From the IMG/VR virus record IMGVR_UViG_3300044630_007263: a DNA stretch of 64,000 nt; one strand, 5' to 3'. Positions 58,563 to 64,000 of the stretch are shown here, piece after piece. Numbering within the stretch: the first letter of the stretch is position 1; the number at the start of each line of letters is the position of its first letter. A model generated the notes under the pieces. The model was not told the DNA's origin. It did not search any database and was given only the letters and a program-made list of their open reading frames with translations. Made by a program: the position numbers and the translations under genes. Source of the stretch: an uncultured virus (IMG/VR IMGVR_UViG_3300044630_007263). Its lineage: Duplodnaviria > Heunggongvirae > Uroviricota > Caudoviricetes.

Positions 58563-58946
58563 ATGTTCACTCCTAATCATCTTCATCTTTTGGTAAGAGG
58601 CTATATCCAAAACCCTCCAAAAGATGAAGATATTTTAAATCAGTGGCTAACTGATCTTGTTAAAAAAGTAAGAATGGTTGTTGTAGCCGGTCCAACTTCA
58701 ATTTATGTAGATGAACCTGGCAATGAAGGTATTACTGGTACAGTTACCTTAGCTACATCACATGCAGCCATTCACGTTTGGGATAAAGCCGACCCAGCAT
58801 TTTTTCAATTTGATATTTACTCTTGTTCTGAATTTTCAGCAGATGAAGTTTTAGATCACTTTGAACAATTTGGTTTAGTGTCATGTGAATACATGTATAT
58901 TGACCGAAACCATGGATTAAAGGTGGTTCATGAAGGAAAAAGATAA
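58563..58946 (+). CDS. speD: S-adenosylmethionine decarboxylase proenzyme-like
   Basis: HLL, GITG.V.LATSHAAIHVW, DIYSC. Confidence 0.75.
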   Translation: MFTPNHLHLLVRGYIQNPPKDEDILNQWLTDLVKKVRMVVVAGPTSIYVDEPGNEGITGTVTLATSHAAIHVWDKADPAFFQFDIYSCSEFSADEVLDHFEQFGLVSCEYMYIDRNHGLKVVHEGKR

Positions 58947-59238
58947 AAATCTAATGGCAGAAAACCAGAGTCCAGTTAGTGGATTTGCTGATACATTCTT
59001 TTCAAAGCTAAAGGAACAATCCTTTACTATTATATTGATGGTAGGTGTTATTTGGTATCAGGGCGTAATGATGGAAGAGCGTGTTGCATATTGGCAAAAG
59101 CTGTACGAAGAACAAAAAACTTATATTCAACAAACAGCAAAGGAAGATAAGGAAGATATGTTAGAACGAATCAAGTATTTACAGGATCAACGCGATAAGT
59201 ATGTTGAAGATGCAATTCAAGAGTTAAAAAACAAATAA
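58930..59238 (+). CDS. Single-TM coiled-coil protein
   Basis: ORF track. Confidence 0.6.
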   Translation: MKEKDKNLMAENQSPVSGFADTFFSKLKEQSFTIILMVGVIWYQGVMMEERVAYWQKLYEEQKTYIQQTAKEDKEDMLERIKYLQDQRDKYVEDAIQELKNK

Positions 59239-59246
59239 TATAAAAA

Positions 59247-60488
59247 ATGGAAAACACTCAAGAAGTTAAGGTAGAGGCAGAAGTTTCAGTAGAAATTTCT
59301 GATTCAGTATCTACACAAACTGGTAATGAAGAAGTTGGCGCAAGCGCTGATGCCTCATACGATGCACACGCTGAAGCAAGCGCAAGTGCTGAAGCTGGTA
59401 TTGATGGTGGAATGGCATATGCTGGAGCTGAGGCTCACGTAAGTGCCGAAGTATCAGCAGAAACAAACGCTGAAGCTCATGCTAGTCAAGAACTAGGTGG
59501 AGGAGTAAGTGTTGAAGCTGAAACAGATGCTCATGCAGAGGCTCATGCAAGCGCAGAAGCAAATGCTGAAGCTCATGCCCAAGCAGGTTGGAATGGAACA
59601 GATGCAGTAGTCGAAGCTGGAGCTAGCGTTGATGCTAGAGTAGAAGTTGAAGCTAGCGCTGAAGCCCATGCTGAAGCTGGATTAGACACTCCACTTGGAG
59701 AAGTTAAAGTTGGAGCAGACGCTGAAGGTCATGCTGGAGCTTATGCTGAAGCACATGCTGGAGTTGAAGGACATGCCTCAGTTGGAGAGCATGGAGTTGA
59801 CGTAGGTGGTGGCGCAATGGCTGGAGCTGGAGCAGGAGTTGAAGCTGGCGGATCTGCTGGTATTGATACTCCAATTGGTAATGCGGATGCAAGCGCTGAA
59901 GTTGGTGCAAGTATCGGAGTTCAGGTTGGAGTTGAAGGTGAAGCTCATGCAACATATAATGATGGAGAAGTTTCAATTGGTATTAGTGGAGAAGCCGCCT
60001 TATTAGTAGGTTTGGATGCTGATATTAATGTTGATTTAGACTTAAATCCAGCAATTGATCTTGCAAATAATGCAGATGAAATTGCAAAAGCAGCAGCAGA
60101 AGAGGCTCATAAACAAGCTGAAATCGCGGCTGAGGAAGCTAAGAAAGCAGCAGAACTTGCCGCAGCTGAAGCACAAAGAGCCGCGGAAGAAGCGGATCGT
60201 ATTGCAAAGGCTGCAGCCGAAGAAGCTAGAAAACAAGCAGCTGAAGCTAAACGTATTGCTGATGAGCAAGCAGCAGCGGCAGCTAGAGAAATTGAAAGAC
60301 AAGCGGCTGAAGCTAAAAGAGTAGCAGACGAAGCAGCTAGAGTTGCTGCAGCAGAAGCTCAACGTGCAGCTGAAGAAACTAAAAGAGCTGCTGAACAAGC
60401 AGCAAGAGCGGCAGAAGATGCAGCAAATAAAGCCGCTAGGGAATTAGAAAAGGCTGCAAAGAAAGCCAATCCTAAAAATTGGTTTTAA
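59247..60488 (+). CDS. Ala/Glu/Gly/His-repeat protein with C-terminal Ala-rich coiled coil
   Basis: AEAHA-type repeats then EAKRxA repeats. Confidence 0.75.
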   Translation: MENTQEVKVEAEVSVEISDSVSTQTGNEEVGASADASYDAHAEASASAEAGIDGGMAYAGAEAHVSAEVSAETNAEAHASQELGGGVSVEAETDAHAEAHASAEANAEAHAQAGWNGTDAVVEAGASVDARVEVEASAEAHAEAGLDTPLGEVKVGADAEGHAGAYAEAHAGVEGHASVGEHGVDVGGGAMAGAGAGVEAGGSAGIDTPIGNADASAEVGASIGVQVGVEGEAHATYNDGEVSIGISGEAALLVGLDADINVDLDLNPAIDLANNADEIAKAAAEEAHKQAEIAAEEAKKAAELAAAEAQRAAEEADRIAKAAAEEARKQAAEAKRIADEQAAAAAREIERQAAEAKRVADEAARVAAAEAQRAAEETKRAAEQAARAAEDAANKAARELEKAAKKANPKNWF

Positions 60489-60507
60489 ATAAAAAATTTT
60501 TTAAATT

Positions 60508-61101
60508 ATGAGTTGTTACACTAGAGAACAGATTGAAAATGCAGTAAAATCAAAGGGATATGTTTGGTTTGAAGGTGCAAAGGACTATGATCTTAATATT
60601 GTTGGAGTTAGAAATTCAGCAACTGGTCAAAAAGTTACAAATGCATTCGATGATTGCATTACAGTATCCTATAAACTAGGAGGCGAATGGAAATCTCATT
60701 GCTGGATGGCCACAACCGATCCAGGTAAAAAGGGTGTTATGGAATACCATAATGCAGCAGGAGTTGCTAGACTTGTTGAAGGTCAATATAGAGGTTCGCA
60801 TACACTAGGTTTACACCAAGGTAAGTATGAAGCTCTTAAGCAACAAAAACCTGTAAAAGTATATCGTGATGCAGACAAAGATCTAGAATACGATGAAAAC
60901 AAAATTCAAGAAGGTATTTTTGGTATTAACATCCATAAAGCTGGAGCAGATTCTACCTATGTAGAAAACTGGTCAGAAGGATGTCAAGTATTTAAAAAGG
61001 CGGCTGAGTTTGAAGATTTTATGGCTCTTTGTAGAAAAGCTGCAGGGATTCACGGTAAATCATTTACTTACACTCTAATTGAGTCTAAGGATATTGTATA
61101 A
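60508..61101 (+). CDS. Phage protein with YkuD/L,D-transpeptidase-like motif
   Basis: GINIHKAG...WSEGCQV. Confidence 0.55.
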   Translation: MSCYTREQIENAVKSKGYVWFEGAKDYDLNIVGVRNSATGQKVTNAFDDCITVSYKLGGEWKSHCWMATTDPGKKGVMEYHNAAGVARLVEGQYRGSHTLGLHQGKYEALKQQKPVKVYRDADKDLEYDENKIQEGIFGINIHKAGADSTYVENWSEGCQVFKKAAEFEDFMALCRKAAGIHGKSFTYTLIESKDIV

Positions 61102-61640
61102 TGATTAAGTACATTAAAGACATATTAACTACAATTACGCCAGGGCAGAGACTTTTTGCCCTGGTATTTTTACTAATTGCTATAACACTAATGACAGTTG
61201 GCCCACGCCTATTTGATAGTGTTACAATGGATCATGACGAACTCAACCTTAAGGTAAATCGTCAAAAAACTGAAATCTTTGAATTAAATTCACGAGTTGG
61301 AGAATTAACACAACAAGTATTAGACAATCAACGTAGCTGTACAAATGACTTAATTGCAAAAGAAAAGGAAATTCTTGGCATTATTACTTCAATTGAAATT
61401 GAAATGGAACGTGGACAAACCACTATTACTAGAACTGAGAAACGAGCAGAAACTAGCAATCGAATGATAAGACGCTCGCCTAGCTCAACTGAAGATACTA
61501 TTCAAGTTGCATATTCAATAATACCAGATGAACCTGAACCAACTATAATTGAGACAAGAACTGATAATAGTAAAGCCTTAAATTCAATTAAACAACTTAA
61601 AAAGAAAATTTCTTCTGATATTGAGAAGAAAAAACAATAA
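61101..61640 (+). CDS. TM-anchored coiled-coil protein, possible spanin-like
   Basis: N-terminal TM plus coiled coil in lysis-like cluster. Confidence 0.45.
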   Translation: MIKYIKDILTTITPGQRLFALVFLLIAITLMTVGPRLFDSVTMDHDELNLKVNRQKTEIFELNSRVGELTQQVLDNQRSCTNDLIAKEKEILGIITSIEIEMERGQTTITRTEKRAETSNRMIRRSPSSTEDTIQVAYSIIPDEPEPTIIETRTDNSKALNSIKQLKKKISSDIEKKKQ

Positions 61641-61676
61641 AGGATTCCTTTGGAACCTAGAGCTCCAACTCTAAAT

Positions 61677-61701
61677 AAGCTGCTTTCGGGCAGCTTTTTT
61701 T
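61677..61701 (+). terminator. Intrinsic terminator
   Basis: AAGCTGCT-TTCG-GGCAGCTT plus T tract. Confidence 0.8.
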
Positions 61702-61752
61702 ATGCATAAACTTTGGTAATTAACTATAGTAAAATATCTTAAACCTACTATA

Positions 61753-62882
61753 ATGGACAATCACGAAAATTTAGAACCAATTGGTGAACTTAAATTAGTT
61801 CAACCAGAATATCTTTTTACAATTAATGATGCTGGCGAAAGACTAATTGAAATTGATAAAACTGGTAATATTACCTATATGAAAGACGAAGAGGCTCTTA
61901 ACGAAGCAAGCCGAGTTTTTTGGAATTCAATACAAGGAAATTTCTTAGTAATTCAAACTGATCTAATTAATGAAACTCCAAACGATATGGAATTGGGTAA
62001 ATTAATTAGAAAAAGATACAATCAGAAAACTTCGGAAACAAAATGGATGTAATTGATATTGGTCATAAAGTATTTGATAGACTAGTCGACTTTTATGGAG
62101 AAGATCCACAAAGTCGACTCTTATTTTTAGCAGGTTGTACAACTGGATTTGAGTGGTTTGTAATTAATTCTGATAAAACCGTATTAGTTACAGAAGATGG
62201 AATTTCTGCTAATTTTGAAGATGAGGTAATTACTCAAATTAATAATGAAATCCAAGCTGAAAAACGCAAGCTTACTGAAGAACTTGCTAAAAAGATTACC
62301 AAAGAATTAGAAAAGGGTCGCGATAAATTTAAAGATGGCGATACTTATGAATTCTGGAGTAATACCTCAAACAATATAAACATTGATTTAAAATTTTAAA
62401 TATGAGCTACGTAATTGTAAAAATGGTCAGAACCTCTGATGGTTCATCTCACTTGCCAGTTATCTTGTTAGATGGTAACAGTGAAGTAATGGAATTTGAA
62501 AATGAGACTGAGGCTGAAGAAATGCGAAGACGATTTCAAGTAAATTCTGATTCGGGCTATGCCTATAATATTAAAAAAATAGGTGGTAATGAGTAAGAAT
62601 TTAAAATTAATGATTGACATAGTATTGATTGGACTGTTATTAATGCTAGTGTCCTTTATTCCAGAATACTTTAGAGAATTTTTTGGAGATTGGCTGTGTC
62701 AGGGTAGCGGCGAAGCAATTCCAAATACTTATCATTATACAGGCTGTAATTATGCAGGAAATGGATTCCATGATCCAGAATGGCATTGGGGTTTTAGGCA
62801 CTATGTATGGATGGTAATGGGTGCAGTTCTCACCATAATTAGAGCAATTGGATTAGCAAAGAAATATGATGCAAATATATGA
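61753..62882 (+). other. Four short hypothetical genes (61753-62052, 62043-62399, 62402-62596, ~62589-62882 membrane protein)
   Basis: Tightly packed ORFs. Confidence 0.6.
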
Positions 62883-64000
62883 ATAACTTAGACACTCAAT
62901 ATCAAGATCTGCTTAAAACAATTTTAGAACATGGAATTGTCAAAGGTGATCGAACTGGAACTGGAACCAAATCTATTTTTGGTTATACGGTTCGTCATAA
63001 TATGAAGGATGGATTTCCTCTCTTAACTACTAAGAAAATGGCTTGGAAAACCATGGTCACTGAGCTAATTTGGTTCCTAAGAGGAGATACAAATATTCAA
63101 TTCCTAGTTCAAAATGGCTGTAATATTTGGAATGGAGATGCATATAAAAACTATGTGAATCAATTATCAAAAGTTCATTCGAAATATTATATTCCAATGG
63201 AGATGCCAGCTTTCGTTGAGCGCATTAAAACTGATGATGCTTTTGCAAAAGAATTTGGCGAATTAGGACCAATTTATGGTAAGCAATGGAGAAGATGGGG
63301 GATTGAATGGGAAGATACTGAAAGTATTAAGTATATAGACCAAATCCAAAACCTAATCAACGACCTTAAAACAAATCCTGATTCAAGACGACTAATGGTT
63401 AATGCTTGGAATGTTGGTGAAATTGATAATATGGTTCTTCCACCTTGTCATTATGGATTTCAAATGTATACGAGAGAATTAACATGGGAAGAACAAGTTC
63501 AATGGGTTCTAAAAAATACAGATGTTGAATTAGAGAATCTCTATATTGTTGAAGAAATTGCTAAAGACTCAACTCCAAAGAGAGCAGTTTCCCTAATGTG
63601 GAATCAGCGTTCAGTTGATACTTTTTTAGGTTTACCTTTCAATATTGCTTCGTATGGTTTATTACTTGAAATTATTGCAAAGATGGTTAATATGGTACCT
63701 GATCAGTTAGTTGGAAATTTAGGAGATACTCACCTTTACTTAAATCACCTAGAGCAAGCGCAAGAACAGATTGGACATCGATACAGTTTAGACGAGCGTA
63801 GAGCAATGGTTACTCAAGAGATGTTCAATGAGATCTATACTGGTGGAGACCCTAGTACCTTATCTCATTCAGAAATAGATCAATGGGGAGTGCCCAGAAT
63901 AGCCGAGAGAGAGCCTTATGTATTACCTAAGCTAGTAATAAATTCTGGAAATAAAAATTGGCACCTATTAGAAGTAGATGAGATTATTAATACGTTTGAT
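62879..64000 (+). CDS. thyA: Thymidylate synthase (3'-truncated by window, not in ORF track)
   Basis: Manual translation: DRTGTGT, FPLLTTKK, LGPIYG.QWR, LPPCH, QRSVD.FLGLPFNIASY, GDTHLY.NH. Confidence 0.95.
   Translation, partial: MNNLDTQYQDLLKTILEHGIVKGDRTGTGTKSIFGYTVRHNMKDGFPLLTTKKMAWKTMVTELIWFLRGDTNIQFLVQNGCNIWNGDAYKNYVNQLSKVHSKYYIPMEMPAFVERIKTDDAFAKEFGELGPIYGKQWRRWGIEWEDTESIKYIDQIQNLINDLKTNPDSRRLMVNAWNVGEIDNMVLPPCHYGFQMYTRELTWEEQVQWVLKNTDVELENLYIVEEIAKDSTPKRAVSLMWNQRSVDTFLGLPFNIASYGLLLEIIAKMVNMVPDQLVGNLGDTHLYLNHLEQAQEQIGHRYSLDERRAMVTQEMFNEIYTGGDPSTLSHSEIDQWGVPRIAEREPYVLPKLVINSGNKNWHLLEVDEIINTFD

Noticed and set aside
62879..64000. Intron or intein in the long thyA
   Set aside because: The frame appears open, the insertions are short and no intein or group I motifs were seen; the 3' end is outside the window.

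Overview
This is an AT-rich, gene-dense window read almost entirely on the + strand. It looks like part of a large T4-like (jumbo) phage genome. The host is most likely Bacteroidota: there is a T9SS sorting domain, a TonB receptor/lipoprotein pair, a TAnnTTTG promoter, and A-rich leaders without Shine-Dalgarno sequences. Recognisable genes include a split type II topoisomerase with a SulP gene between the subunits, mgsA, prs, a MazG-like gene, clpP, thioredoxin, an IMPDH/GMP reductase, SAM decarboxylase and a partial thyA. There are also several peptidoglycan hydrolases, RNA-repair enzymes, an Acb1-like 2H phosphoesterase and a cohesin/dockerin-CsgG-lectin surface operon. I count 25 tRNA genes covering all 20 amino acids, a ~850-nt probable GOLLD-type RNA and several unassigned structured RNAs. 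The top candidate for an undescribed system is a leader-peptide attenuator (35677-35845) at the head of the main tRNA array. Its 32-codon ORF uses exactly the 18 amino acids whose tRNAs lie in the array; Leu and Pro are absent from both. It is followed by rrn-type boxA elements. All calls are by-eye pattern recognition and no searches or folding were run.
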